Part shown: positions 26,101 to 41,100 of the stretch, piece by piece
How the letters are laid out: every line of letters begins with the position of its first letter
How positions within the stretch are numbered: the first letter of the stretch is position 1
Origin: Fimbriosthenelais zetlandica
Taxonomy: Eukaryota
Reading direction: 5' to 3'
DNA length: 64,000 nucleotides
Assembly (NCBI GenBank): GCA_977030845.1
Contig: OZ365109.1
Location: 41,106,001 to 41,170,000, forward strand
Made by a program: the position numbers and the translations under genes
Notes under the pieces: model-generated
The model's database searches: none
What the model saw: only the letters and a program-made list of their open reading frames with translations
What the model was told of the DNA's origin: nothing

Positions 26101-29100
26101 GAAGGGCTGGTTTGTGAGAAGTTAGATAGAAATCAGGATCTAAGTCAATCAGTCCTAGTCGACCTGAGACTTGAGATTCTCTGGGCTTGAACTTCAGATC
26201 ACTATGAGTGCCCATGCGAATGGAGGTGAAAGTTTGAGCTAAATCCCGGCCGATCCCTTCAGAGCTGAGATAAAACGAGAGGAATGGGTATCACTTTGGT
26301 GGCATTATTAAACTAAGATTACATCTAACTATATTATATTACAGCTGATGCAATTTGAATATGCCTAGACGACAGTTTGCTGTGCAATGGGCTGAATCTT
26401 GTTTAAGGCAGGCCCAGACAGAAGCACATTTACTCATGTCACTGCATAGTATCAAAAGCATCTGCTAATAATTCTCGATGCATGCTTTGGCAGTCGTCAA
26501 GCACACTAATCCGGCTCCATGATCCATCTGATAGTTGTCCGAAACTATATTTCTACCAAAAGATTGTAATTTGAACAGACCATTAGACCTAGGTAAGGCT
26601 AACCACTGACAACATTTCAATCAGTGGATGTCATTAGAAATGGGGGTTCGGATGGCGACGGATTGGAGAATCGGGATATAGTGTGTTCCAGGCTTTAGAC
26701 CTATGATAACTAATCATGCAAGAATGGATCTAAATATACTCTTAGATTAGGTCTTGGGGCACCCCCAAGGGATATATGGTCTGAGGAGCGGAATTTAGTG
26801 TTATTAATCGTAATCTTAACATTAATTAATGATGTAGTTAGTTCAAGAACCCTGGTGACTAAGCTAAGACATTTCAATTATTTTACAAAAAGATTTGCCC
26901 TGAAGATCGCACCTCATTAAGAGTTGATTAAGGGGAACGAAGCATAATTTCAGCAGGGTAAACACCTTAGCCTTAATGCACTGAGATATGTACAGCATGA
27001 AACTGAGACAAAAACACCAAGGCCTTATAAATATCAACAATTATTTGGCACATAGGAGCAAACCATATTGATCGTCAAATGTAACGAAAATTCCATATCC
27101 ATAATGAATTAGGCCTATATATTGTTACAATTTAAAAACTAAAATTGTTTAAAATATTATTCAATGCTTTTCATCGAGACAAGTTCAGCCAAAAAGATTG
27201 CTTGTCAGGATAAATCATCGAAATTATATCATTAATCTACGTCGGGAATTTTAATTACATTTGACTTTTCATAAATTGATCAAAGAAAAGTAATGTCACT
27301 TACCGTCTGGCTGTTAGTGTATGCTCAGTTTCACAATTCCAGTTTTCTGAAGCCATATTATTTTCAGGCGGGGCATCCTTAGTAACGTTGGTTGGTATCC
27401 TACTGGTAGAATGAGCCTGACCTAGTACTTCCTTTGTACTAGCTGTCAAACTGACAATGGCCTGCATGCCCTTTTTATCAGACAGACTCACAGATTTCTC
27501 ATCAGGTGGAATAGATTTCCTTCTGTATTGTCTCTTACTAGAATGCTGTCTTAGCTCGGCGTGATTCACACTTTCCATAGATTTGCTTGTTTTTGAATTT
27601 GTTTTGTGGTTTTTGGGTATTGTTAAGGCATATTTCCTAGGTTTAGGTAAGGATGTTTTGGTGATGGCTGTAGCTGATCTTGGCAGTGAATGGTCACTGG
27701 CCTCGGAGGTTCTGGATGTTCTGGACCTGGCCGACAGTGTGCCTCTGGACGCCTGGAAAATTATTTTTTGGGTGGGTAAATTTGAATATTTAAAATGGTG
27801 GATCCAGCAAATGAAATGTTTTCATCGATAGTATTGCAATAATTATATATTATGCGTCAAATTAATGTTACCTCGCCAGTATCTTCCAAAATAACATCAA
27901 TGCTACATTTCCTTGCATGACCATCCTTCTTTGGCGACTCCACTTCTGAAATTAGACGATAAATATTAAAAATTACAGACCTGATTTAGTCAGAAATATT
28001 CAGAGATGGAGCATAATATAAGATACCCAACTTCAACTATTTCTATGCACCTGCATTTTCGAATGTTATAATAATGGATTAATTCAGATTCCTTACCCTT
28101 TTCTATCTTTGTAGCCTCTGTTTTGACAGTCTCAATGTTTATTCCAGGTACAGGTGTCTTTTCACGTTTCTTTGACTGGAAAAGAAATCCAGCAATTATA
28201 GTATTACTCAAATGTTATTCTTATAGAATACTCTGCAAAACTGCAAACAAACTGGCTGTAGCCTCACAATGATCTTTTCGGGTAATCAAAGTTTTAGTTC
28301 ATCTTCGCTCTAATGCATGCTCTTATTTTCGGCAGCACCTTACAGTACGTGTAGTTGGAACTTGGTAAGACTTTTGGTTGAGACTGGGATCAAGGTGAAG
28401 TGGGAGGGGATGGATCAATACACAATAGTTGTTCATCAAATATTCAACAAGTATTGGCACTATAAGGCGCTCTTGTTTACATAAGCTCATGGAAAAATAT
28501 CATCAAATATTAACCGATACAAAAAGGATCCAGATATCTTTGATTTACTTCCAAATATTCTTTGATTTACTCCCAGAAACTGTAACTATTACTGATGTCA
28601 ATAATTATGGAAATTGCGATAAACGCAACAATCTTACAATATTAATTGGGAAAGAAACGATGAATAATTTAACATTTAATTAGGTCTATTAATCATTAAT
28701 TACACAAGTCCCCTTCCCTTCTAGATAATGAGAACATAGTAAGCTTCCATACTAATTATATATAATTGAAGGGCTTCGCTAATGATCCCAAAGGACTTAC
28801 ACCCTCTCTAGGCATGTTCCTTCTATTTATCAACCTAGTGCAACACAATTAATCCCTATTATCTTATTCAGGACAAAAGGACAAGCCCAAGAGACATTGG
28901 CCTTGGATTATAGAATTAAAGCCAGGGTGTAACACTAGTTAACTGTACACCCAGGGGCAAAAACTGTACTTGAAAAAGAGTAAGTTGAGGAATGGATATG
29001 TATATGTGCACCTGAAAATCAATTGTCTGGGACTAGGCAATCTCGCCTGGAAGTAAGTATACATACTCTGCGGGTGGTAAGGTGAATAACATAATAGGTG

Positions 29101-32100
29101 TACGTTTTTACTCAAGGGCGGATCCAGGGAGAAGGTCCATGGGGTCAGGACCGCGCCCACTTTTAGGGATAAATGTTAGCCATTGGAATAACGCCGCTCT
29201 ATACAGTTAATTCACAAAGGGGATTAACAAATGTTGATGCCAACGGTAGCTATAAAGGCTCTTATTTAAAATCGCTGGAGCAAAAATCAACTGAAACTCT
29301 TCTCATTGCATGACAATGAACCATGGCACATTTCTGTCCTAAATTGCTGGTCTTGTTAAGCCTTCTAAATTTCGCCTAATGGCTATGTTGTTGCCAAGAG
29401 CTGTCCAGAGTGAAAGGAATGATATGTTTTGGAATAGGAATATACAGTTGGAAGCAAGAATATTCAACCCCATTTGTGAAGTCTTGCCACTGCTGAAATA
29501 AACATACCAAAAGTCAAAATGCTATGTTTGAACTATTGGAATTCATGCGTCTGTGGTACAGTTATCACAAATAGGATAAAGCGCAGTGGGATGAATAATA
29601 GGTTGTCAAAGTGCTAATTGTAACACCTATAATTTTAAAGGAAATACTTTCATTTTCATTGGTATATGAATCAGTGAGGTACATAATTAAGTTCGTCTTT
29701 CCTTTATTAATTTTTTAATCACAACATGAAAATCCTGGTAAATAGGATGACAGGAGAACATTGAATGAGACATGAAATGATGGAAATATCGATATTCAAT
29801 AATTGATGTGAGAATTTCATGATTTCACAAAGATTTTACAGAGATCTCATGTTCGCAAAATTACCCATCTTTTTACCTCACAGACAGAATGGGCCAAAAC
29901 AGATGGAAATCTTTTATGTTTCATGATCCAGCTAATTCAAGGGTCTCATTGGCTTTGGAATAAAATTGCTGAATCAAAATTTTAAGTACAATTTTCCGAG
30001 GCCTGTGACAAACCTACTTGGGCCCTGCCCAGTTGGATTCTAATCTAACACAGTTAAAAGGATGCCAAACACTTGGTGTAAAGTTATTTTCCAAACACTT
30101 GATGCCAAACACTTGGTGTAAAGTTATTTGCCTATGTACATAGATACATGTAATTGATTTCACTACAAATGATACTGTAGCTGGCTCATGTCTGGCTGAA
30201 ATCAATTCCTAAACGTACTAGAGTAAGAGATTCGTGATGTCAGCCATCTTTAGCAAGTATGATGTCACAGGTTGTCACATGGTGTTGGTTAGCCAATCAA
30301 AATGAGGAAGAGTCTTGGTATTGTCATTGATATACTCAGTAAGGCGCCCCCAAGCTGAGCCTGGACTGGGCTGTTAGATTAATCAAGAGATCCATGACGG
30401 CTGACTCATGAATCTCTTATATTCCTCTGGGGGGACTCATCATGTCGCAGGCACATGAAATGATACCTCACCCAGTAACATTATCCTGACACCAGATCCT
30501 GACACCAGGCCGACCAGTTCTATTACTGTCCTCTTATTGCCAAGCGAGGGAGACACGAGTTCCAACTTTTTAGTCTTTGGTCTAACTCAGCCGCAGTTAC
30601 AACTGGCGACCTTCAACACATAGAACAGGCACCATGCACAACACCGTTGTGGTGGTCTTATTAGGAACGGTACCAAGCATATCATATTATTATCGGTATT
30701 ATTAGGTTCCACTGTAATTATTTTGTTTACTCCTAACCTTAGAACTGGAGGCTGAAGCGGTTCTGGCTGGGCTCAACTTGCTGGCCGCATGACTCACATC
30801 CTGATGACCTGAAGCCAGGGTGAGGGACTTCCTTTTTTTCATGAGTTGTGAAGGTTTCGGGGGCTCCGGCTCGCCGGGTTCCTTTTTGCTTGGAGGCTGA
30901 TACAAGGGAGCTCTGTCTCCATCAACTAGTGAAAAACAACCAAGACAAAAGATTTCTTATAAAGATTATGTATGGAGTGGTGAAAAAGTAAACTGATGAA
31001 GCTAATTAGTGATACTCCGTCATCGATAACAGGGCTTGAGTCTTCTTCCTTCTTCCTTCCTCATTTTACTTTCTTCACATTTCTCTTTACATTTTATTCC
31101 CTTTGTATTCAGGGACCGCACTAAGCAGAAATACGGAAGGAAATTTTTGTTTGCTAGATTGCTAGTTTTCATGTTAGTGGAGGTGGTTAGGCCTATTCCC
31201 TGATACTTGCTAGTCGTTTCAACATCGGTGCCATAAGTGACATGGAGGCATTGCATAATCGAGAATCCCTATAATTAATAGAACTGCTTCACTGAGGTAT
31301 CAACTCGCAGGCACATGACATGATACCTCATCCAGTCACATTATCCTGACACCAAGCAGACCAGTCCTAACAATGTCCTCTTACTGCTGAGTGTCAAGCG
31401 AGGAAGCAACTACACATTATAGTGCCAATTTTAAAGTTTGGTTTGACCCAGCTGCGGTTCGAACCAGCGACCTTCTAGTTGTTCTCTAACCGCTACATCG
31501 CCGTGTTGGTTGCTTTCAGTTGCAGAATCTGGCGCGAATCTATTTGGAATGCATTTTGCTGGCCATATTATGCAAGATATTCCCTTGGGAAGCAAGTTTC
31601 TCGAGTCATCGCTGAATTATGCAATGCTTCGATCCCAAGTGAAATTTCGATTATACATCGGTTAGTGTTGATGAGTGGGGCCCAGGCAATAAAATGAAGA
31701 CAAATACTTACAACCATCTTTGGCTGTCCTTCGTTTTGTCGTCTTACTTTCACATTTGCCTTCACTGGTCATGGCAACTACCTGAGGCAAAAGGAAAGAG
31801 AAATTCCGCTGTTATTACATAATTATATTATATTGAACTGAGAAGATTTCTGGAAGATAGTTAATGAACAGAAGCCCTGGAAGCAACTTAGCTTTAGATT
31901 TTAGAAGCAATGCCAAATATATCAATTTGTAACAAAATAGTAGGACAATGAGGAAGAATTACCATCAGTCTTTTTCATTATGTGTTTCGAGGGCTCTGAT
32001 ATACTATTGGAAGCAAACATTATTAAGATTATGATAATCTGGAACGTTAACTCAAGGTTTAATCTTCTAAGATAAGGTTCACCCATGGTTCCTTATTTGT

Positions 32101-35100
32101 GACTAACATATATGAATGTATAAACTGTTATTACTTCAACATTTTCTCATAAATTCTTATCACAAAGAGTTGAAAATTTCATATATTCCCGGTGAACATA
32201 ATGTGCAGTGAAGATCAGATAATTCTGCTTCCAACCTAAGAATTTTAATACATCTGATAATTAATTTACATGTTTTATACCTGGAATAGATACTCCTTGT
32301 TGGGCTGTAGCCTGTGTACGGTCTTGTGGAGCTCTGTGCCTGAGTAGACAGCCTCCCCGTCCATTAGCAGGTCATAACGCGTGATCCTGCCCAGCGGTAC
32401 CTCGGGCGCCCTCCACGATACATGAAGCTCGTTACGACCTCGGACAATCACCTCGGGTTTAGACGGGGCATGGGCACCTGTACCAGCATGAAAATAAAAG
32501 ACAGTCTCCACTATCACAATATATATCATAACATCAGTTATAAAACAGGACCTCCATTATTATGATAAACAACAGCAGTTATGATGGCTAACACAGTTAA
32601 GATAGCTAAAACAGGGCCTACATGCTTATGATAAACAACAGCAGTTATGATGGCTAACACAGTTAAGATAGCTAAAACAGGGCCTACATTATTATGATAG
32701 ACAACAGCAGAACTTTATGATGGCTAACACAGTTAAGATAGCTAAAACAGGGCCTACATTATTATGATAAACAACAGCAGAACTTTATGATGGCTAACAC
32801 ATTTAAGATAGCTAAAACAGGGCCTACATTATTATGATAGACAACAGCAGTTATGATGGATAAAACAGGTAAGATACCGGTAGCTAAAACAAGGTTTCCA
32901 GGAGAGATAGGCAACAACAGTTAAGATAGCTAGAACATGGCCTTCAATGTTACAATAATTAATTAAGCTGGTAAAAAGGGAGTCCAATATCGGCCTTGTC
33001 AACTAAGATAGCAGTTAAAATTGATTAAGCCGGGTCTCCACTATCACGATAGACAACGAAGATAGCAGTTAAAATAGCTTAAACAGGGCCTCCACTATAA
33101 GTAGCTTATAATTGGCTTAGATGTCTATTGTGATAGTGGAAGCCGGGATTAAGTTATGATAACTGTTATCTTGGTCAAATCTATCGATTGTGATAATGGA
33201 GGTCCAGTTGAAGCTACAGTGTTGCTATGTTAGTTGTCTATTGTAATAATGGAGGCCCTGGTTGTCTATCGTGATAGTGGAAGCCGCGAGTGTGGGAAGG
33301 GTCAGTGGGAGGACAAGATGGTCCAGTCATTAGTGGGCTAGATTTCATGTTAATCAAGGCCCCCGCCATGGTCTCTCACCCATACTTAAGGCTAATGGGG
33401 AGTCAAATTTCCGCAGGGCTGCATTGGATCATAAATCATAAATGATCTCTACTGCACGCCCATATATCAAGACAGTTCATTGTTAAGTCCCATAAGCTTT
33501 TATTTCTGGGGAACTTCATTATGATCCTGTGGTAAAAGAGCATATGGTAGTCTGAATTAATGACCTCGAATGTGCTTCTAAATCAATGAGAGGCTATGAG
33601 GTAGCATATAACTGGTAGCAAAATTACATTATTGGTAAAATGTAAAATTACCATACAGTTCTTGTTCATTAATACAGTTGTTTAATATTTGCATTGCGAG
33701 GTAATGGAAAAGATCTGTCGACACGATGTTCTAATCTAAAGATTACCAAAGTTTCATGATGTTACAAAAACTCACCCAACTCTGATGTGGTTCCCACCAC
33801 AGATTCTTTTGGACCTTTTCCTTTAGACGTCTGAGCAGCCACCTGTCACGATTAAGGAATGACAATCATAAGGCGATGTTTGTGAAAAAAAAGATAATTC
33901 TCACGGGAAATTTAGTTGAAATTTAATTGAAATAGTCAAATATATCCGGTAGTTATTTGATCTAAATTTCATATACCAGTATACTTCAGTGCCAGTGGTA
34001 TGGTTATAAAAAACAACGGACACTTTTTGCCATAAAAGATGATAAAATTATGCAATGGGGGCTAGGCTTCCAACTGTATAATTAACAAAATGTAGGCCTA
34101 GATTTATTTCTGTAATTAATAAGGTTCTTACTTGAATTTCATATGTTGTGTTAGGAATAAGTCCAGTGAAAATGTATGTGAGGTCGTTTGTATGTTCCGA
34201 AGCCTTCCCTGTGAAATAAAATAAAACTATACCATGAAATATGTCCAATGTTGAAGCTAAAGAAATTCACAACACCAAATATCCCTCAAATAAAAATTAC
34301 TATCAAACCCTAAAGAGGGATTTCTGACAACTGAATTCTGGGAACACATAGCAACGCCCTAAATCTCAAATAGCATCCTTTTTAGTTCTCGAAATCTACA
34401 AAAATCTAAAAGAAGATTTGGCGGCAACTCGAATTAAACCATAAAACATAGTATTAAGATATCATATGTCCATTATTGAGGTTATGCACACAATACATCA
34501 TTGGTTACCGACATTCTTATAGCACGTCAGCCAGAGCATGGACGAACCTATCATTAAATGTAGTCAGAACAAAAAACGTTAGGCGGAAGTTGCAGGTGGA
34601 CCATTATGAAGGTGGCGGGTAACTAATTAATTATGACAGGAGAGCCTAATTAATACCACCCACCCATCCATTCAGCTCCCGGCCCTCTCCTACCAAGCAC
34701 CCTCTACATCCAATAAACATTACCAAAGCCTCATCCAAATGGATTACTTTTTAATCTCACTCCAATGAAGTTTTTAATCAGGGCAAAGAGATTCAATCAA
34801 ATTATTAAATTAGGACAGGTGGTTTCTACTGGGAAAAATGAAGTGTCCGAGGAATTAGCAACAAGGTAATAAAGAGCTTTGATGGAAAGGTTATATTGAT
34901 GTAATGGCAAGTATGGAGCAATAAGGAGTGTGGGGGTAATATAAAATAAATTTATCAATGGATTACGTTGAACCAATTCAGCAAAGAATGCTGCCAAGTA
35001 ATATTGGAGAAATATCAGGATTTCATGTCATTGACGTAGCATTGAAGCAACGATACAAGGAGGATGATTCAAGTTGGAATCCATCTCCTCTTCATGTGGT

Positions 35101-38100
35101 TAAATGTGTTATGGAAGTAACTTCTGAAAATAATTGGCAGGGGCAAATTAAGGCTGGAGCACATGGTCCCATTCTCCAATCCGTCGACATCCGATTCCCC
35201 ATTTCTAATTATATCTAATGATTGAAATGGTATCAGGGGTTAGCCTTACCTAGGTGTTAACAGACTGATCAAATATTTAATCGGACCATTCCAAAAGAAA
35301 GCTAGATACCATAACGTTTTATTAGGCCATATATAGACTTTAACATTAACAAATGACATATAATTTTCTTTTGAAAGTTATGAAACGGGCTTCTGGCGTA
35401 CGTCACCGTGGATATGAGATATATTAGCCTGTTGACATAATGTATAATTATGTACACATTATGTATAAGTTTATTATTTATTACTGTAAATTTTAGATAA
35501 AAGTTGCAGAAGGTTCTACCTGCAGTTAGGCAATAGCCTCTGAGGACACCGTTGACATGTTCAGGAGGATCCCAGCCCACCTTCAGTTGTGTTGTGGTAG
35601 CACCCATCACCCGCAGGTTTTGTACAGGACTTGGTGCTAAAAGGAAGCAACACATGAACGTCAAATTATCATGATATTTTTACACTTTCATATTAGGGAA
35701 CCAGAAAGAGAGGAAAAGATATCAATGGAATACGCATGTGTTTTACCTACTTCACAAATATATTACAAATGCTGCGCAAGTTTATGTGATATGCAGTTAA
35801 TGCATAGAGCTGCAAAACATTTACACATTGCCAATAATCCTAATGTACAATGGGGGATGAATAATTTAGCCGTCAGCCATACTGTTTGGTGAACATAGTA
35901 AGGGCTTTAGCAAAGATTATTTCCAAATCAATTAGCAGAAATTTGGTCATAATACAACAGCATAGGCCTATCTAAGCATGCTCATTTTTACATGCATTTC
36001 TTCACTACATTCCTCAGTTTTAATAATCTAAAATAAAGCCATGCATGAACTATTTCTACATTATACTAAGATTCTACATTTAGATGGACCAGTAGCTGTA
36101 ACCTAGCTCATTGCAATTGTAAGAAACTAAAGTAAATTCATGTTCTCCTACTTACATGAATGTGTTTTTGCTATTATTGTGGGATAGTGATATTATACAT
36201 ATTTCAGTGGTTTACCTGGGCACGTTTTCTCTTCACGAACTAAAATATTTGAAATTAGGTATTATTCAAATATCTCTTCAACATTTGACTGTTTCTGTGG
36301 TATGAATATGAATCTGCAAATTATATTTAACTTTTTTACCAATAAACCATAGGCACAAATAATGTGTTTAATTATTCTGCTGCCAACTGTAGCCTACCTC
36401 TGGTACCTTCTACTGAACTATTTTCCTTAAAGAGGAAGAAAACATTAGTATCATCAAGGGTCCGAGGGTTTGAAAAACTTTAACTATTTATACTAAAATA
36501 CATATATAGAAAGATTATAGAATATTTTAGCAAGTTATTTCAAGAAAACATCTGTAGATCTGGGGATAAATGACGTCACTCGCACTGCCAATGGCGCCCT
36601 CTGATGAATAACGGTCCTAATCCTCTCTATTGGCGGCACTGGAGAGATTTATAACCCTACATGACACTAGTGTTTTCTCCCTTTAAGTCAGTCTATTTAC
36701 CTTTACCTATCTAGATAGAGAATGTTTGTTGCGAGATCATGTAAGTTTGTGACTTACTGGCTTCCTCTGTCATAGCGGTGACCACGTCACTGAGTGGACC
36801 CTCGTCACCGTCCGTGATGGCGCGTACACGGTAAGCGTAGTGGGTGTGAGGTTTAAGGTTACAGGCTTGATAATGCACCTCCCGCCCTTGGTACACGCAA
36901 CGCCCGTCTGTCAAAAACAATGAAATTATTAGTAAATTTAATTGATTTAATAGCAGGGAAATAGGCTTCAATTGTGAAAAGGGGAGTGTATAAAGTTGTG
37001 GAGGCGGGGGGGGGGGGGGGGAGAGTGCTTTTTAAATGGTCAAGATAAGTCTACATAAATATCAGGTGAATAGAAACAACAATTCGGTAGGCTACACTCG
37101 GGAACATTTGGTAAAATTTTATTTCTTTTTAATCAGAAAGAGAAATTTACTATACAATGGAGATAGAATACTGGTTTGGCTTTTAATTAGGGCCAGTGTA
37201 CGCTGTTAAGGTTTCAGATTCAGGTTCTGAATAATAAAAATGTATGCACATTCATTGCCTTCATTCTTATTCCTGTTTCTCTGTAATCCCTTCAGCTCTA
37301 AATATAGTTTTTGTTTATTTCCTGAAGCAACCTATATTCAGGAATCCAATGACTTCATTTCATAATGAAGATTTCCTGGTACAGTCTCCAATTTCCCTAT
37401 ACTACTTAGATGCAAAAATATGGATGTACATGTACATACTGAACAATATGGATTATGGGGTGTCAGGGACCTAAATTTATACTTAAGTCACAACAGAAAA
37501 TGGTTCATAATGAAATCCTTCAATATTGTAGGCCTAAACCCATACCGGGACAGACGAACACGATTTAAATAGACGAAAATAAACGGTGTCTGTCTGTACG
37601 GTATAGCTATTAGTTGTACAATTTTGCCATTTTACCAATAAGTTTTGCTGTCTTAGTAACATATATTTCAAATTTTCCGTTCCTACTTGCTTACATGTAT
37701 ACATGTAGATAGATCTATGGCATTTTGCAGTCATACATTCTTTAGGCCTACAGGTACTAATTTATTATATACACGTATATAAAAAAAATGCCAATTCATT
37801 CGAAATGAGAGGGTATCGGATTGGGCGGGTGGAAATTGGGGATGAATATTTTTTCTTAGTCATCTGGATGCAGTGGTTGGGGGAAGTGCACCTTCAGATA
37901 GTTATTGTATAATGAATCAGATTTATTCGTACCTTCATATAGATGGTACCTGACGGGGAAGCCGCTTTTAGTGACCACCTCTGTCCAGGTAATGTTGATA
38001 TTGTGAGCACCCTGTACCTCTGCTGTAGGAGGAGGAGCTTTCTCCAGACGTTTCAGGATCTCTACAGTCTGACTCACTTCATCCATCAAGTCCTGGTTAA

Positions 38101-41100
38101 CATCCACTTGCTCTGTTATAGCCTAAAATATTTAAAATAAAATAAATATTAGTTTTTAATTTTAGATATTTAAAGCGGCACTAACGATCAGCGATCATGC
38201 TGTTTGACCCAGATTCCAGCATAAGCATTGGCTGGGAAATCTGCTTCATTCACTGAACAAAAAAAAAATATTTTAACGAACAAATGTCAATACTATTTTT
38301 AGCATGAAACATTTCAAATTTGGTAACCAACGATTAGGGAGTTAAACATTACAAAGTGACACAATACTTAATGCGTCACGGTCAGAGTATGAAACATTCC
38401 TTGTTATAGGCTATAACTATCACTGAATAATGTTATCCATAAAGGCATGCAGTGCCATCTGATAAACCCAAAAGGAACCATATCTCTCATTGTCGCCACT
38501 AGATGGCTTAAAATGCAGTGATAACGAAGATAGTTCTGTTGGCAGCAAAACATATTTATAACTCCTAATATAGTTCCTACCCTTTAAACCCGAATGCCAG
38601 AAATTATATCGTGCGAACATAATTATGAATCATGAAAAGAATTCCATGCATTGCATTTAAGGCAATAATTCAAAGTCCGTAAGAACCAATTATAAGCAAC
38701 AGTAAAAGCACTGTGTTGCCACATTCGATTATCCGAAAAGAAAGTGAGAATGTAACTTCATGCATGATTTCAAGAGAAAATGCCAGCACTTACGATTACA
38801 TCCCCTATTGTGATCGAAATTTAAAAAATTTAATAAATTATGTTAAAACAATTATTCAAGTTTAATAGGTCCATGAAATGGAAACAATTAATTGTTAATT
38901 GTTCGATTAGGCCTATACAAAGTGGTTTAATATGATCAAAAGGAAAGTATTTGAATTGAGTCAAAGGTTCAGGGCAAAAGGAGGGATTATGAATGAATAG
39001 TTTCACAAAATATTGTTAGAAATTCATTTTCAACTAAATTTCTAGTCTTACCTTTAATGCAGGAATAATACTGGAATGATCTCGAAGCCGTAAGCAGCCC
39101 TTGGGTTGACTTGCAAGCGTTCTGAGGGTCCTGTGGAAAAATTCAAATTAGAAACATTTTAAATCTTGAATAAATATATGTTGCCAATGAAATCAATGTG
39201 CAAGGGGCGTCGATTAAGTATTGTGATTGAATGGAGTTTAACGTCACTTTTGAACAATTTTTCAGTTATATCATGACGGTGCCTACTTGTGACAGTGAGC
39301 CCAATGCTCTTTTATAGTGCTGCCTCACTGAGGTATCATGTCGCAGGCACATGACATGATATCTCACCCAGTCACATTATACTGACACCGGGTTGACCAG
39401 TCCTAGTACTGTCCTCTTTTTGCCGAGTGCCAAGCGAGGGAGCCACTAGTCCCATTTTTTCAGTCTTTGGTATGACCCGGCCGCGGTTCGAACCAGCGAC
39501 CTTCCACACACGGGGCGGACACGTCGATTAAGTACTTCGGGACAGATTTTGAAGATACAAGAAGGAACGTAAGGCTACATGTAGAAGAATGGTCGTCTTG
39601 GTGAGTGATTACGAGGGAGCACTGTATGTGTGAAAAAGTAAGTAAAGAAATTAGAATAATTGATTAGAACGTACATGGCAGCGAACCAACCGGTCTCTGC
39701 ATCTTCAGCAGACAGGAGATCCCCCAATGTTTTAAGCACCTCCTCGGAGTGGGAATTTTTCAGTAACCTGGAGTGGCCTTCTTTGTTGGTAGCCAGACAG
39801 CTGAGGGCAAAACAGGCATTCTTACTGGCTCCAGCATCACTACAGCACAGCATCTGAGTCAACGACGTTATCTAGTGAGGTGGAAGACATAGAAAACCAT
39901 GTTTTGAATGAATGAATGAATGAATTTGAAAAAATGTTTATTATATTATCATGAATGTTACCATTTTCTCCGATTCCGGCAGTGACAGTAAGCGATTCCT
40001 CCCCCATTCCATATCACAGAGCCGTCCTATAGCAAAAGCTGCATTCATACCGCGACCTGACCAGGCAGAAATATAGAATTATAGTTCACATTATAAACGT
40101 GTTCATCACTAAACATTATCATTCATTTGATTTCTATAGTTATTCTAAAATCTAATGAGCAAGGCATAAAATTCCATCAGCATTCCCATTGGTCATAGAA
40201 TTAATGTGATAGGACATCTTCCTGAGAACTCCTTGAAAACTATTAATATAAAATCATTATAATAAATAGTATACATTTTTATATAAATATGATATTGATT
40301 TCTGAACAACTTGTTTTAATGAGTCAATATAACTTTGACCACCAGAAAACGAATAAAAATGTTCATAAATGGGAGAAATACAACTTTTAGTCGATCTTCA
40401 CAATGCAGTTACCAGGAGAAAAAGTCTGTGACGTCACAGAGTGCAATATTTGTTCAGGCTATGAGAGATCAGTCCCAAAGGTATAAAATGCTCATCAAAA
40501 ATATTAATAATTTTGCAGTTAACTAACGGTTAGGATTAACAAGAGCATGATAATTTACATGGATTATACTTTATATTCTGATCTATTTAAATTGACCTTT
40601 TTGGCGGTGTCACAAACACTTGCAAATTTTGGCATTTGTTCATTAATTAGGTTGGGGCTGGATAATTTGGGCGCCAAATGTATTGTATTTCTTTTATATA
40701 ATATGATTTACATAGAGAACATCTGTATATACACCAGTATTTGAAGGACTTATAAATACGTGTTAATCAAGTGGTACTAATATGATTATTAGGACCAGTG
40801 CCGAGTAAAGTATAATAAATAGACTAGGCGGGAACTCACTCAGATATATGATTTGGCAATATGGGTATTGTGACCTACTGCTAACATAATATTATAAAAT
40901 AATGTAACAATTTCTTAATCCTCAAAAGTTTGAACTAACTTTAAATTATTATAAATATTAGTCACCACAGAAATATTTTAATTAATTTTGCTATTTTCAG
41001 TGTGTCTCAATACATTTTTCGAGGTTTGGAAGTATATTATCACTGGTCATTAGGCCATGACAATTTTGTTAGAACTAAATGTTTTTGTTAAAGATACTGG

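Noticed and set aside
32557-32935. Regularly spaced repeats resembling a CRISPR array (also 45032-45639)
   Set aside because: Units are contiguous with no unique spacers, there are no cas genes, and the context is spliceosomal introns.
32281-38122. Calling the FN3 gene usherin or a receptor phosphatase
   Set aside because: Only three FN3 domains, preceded in frame by ARM-like repeats; no signal peptide, laminin domain, TM segment or catalytic domain.
39480-39521. tRNA gene suggested by the GGTTCGAACC B box
   Set aside because: No A box or cloverleaf; it is the head of a SINE bounded by a TSD.
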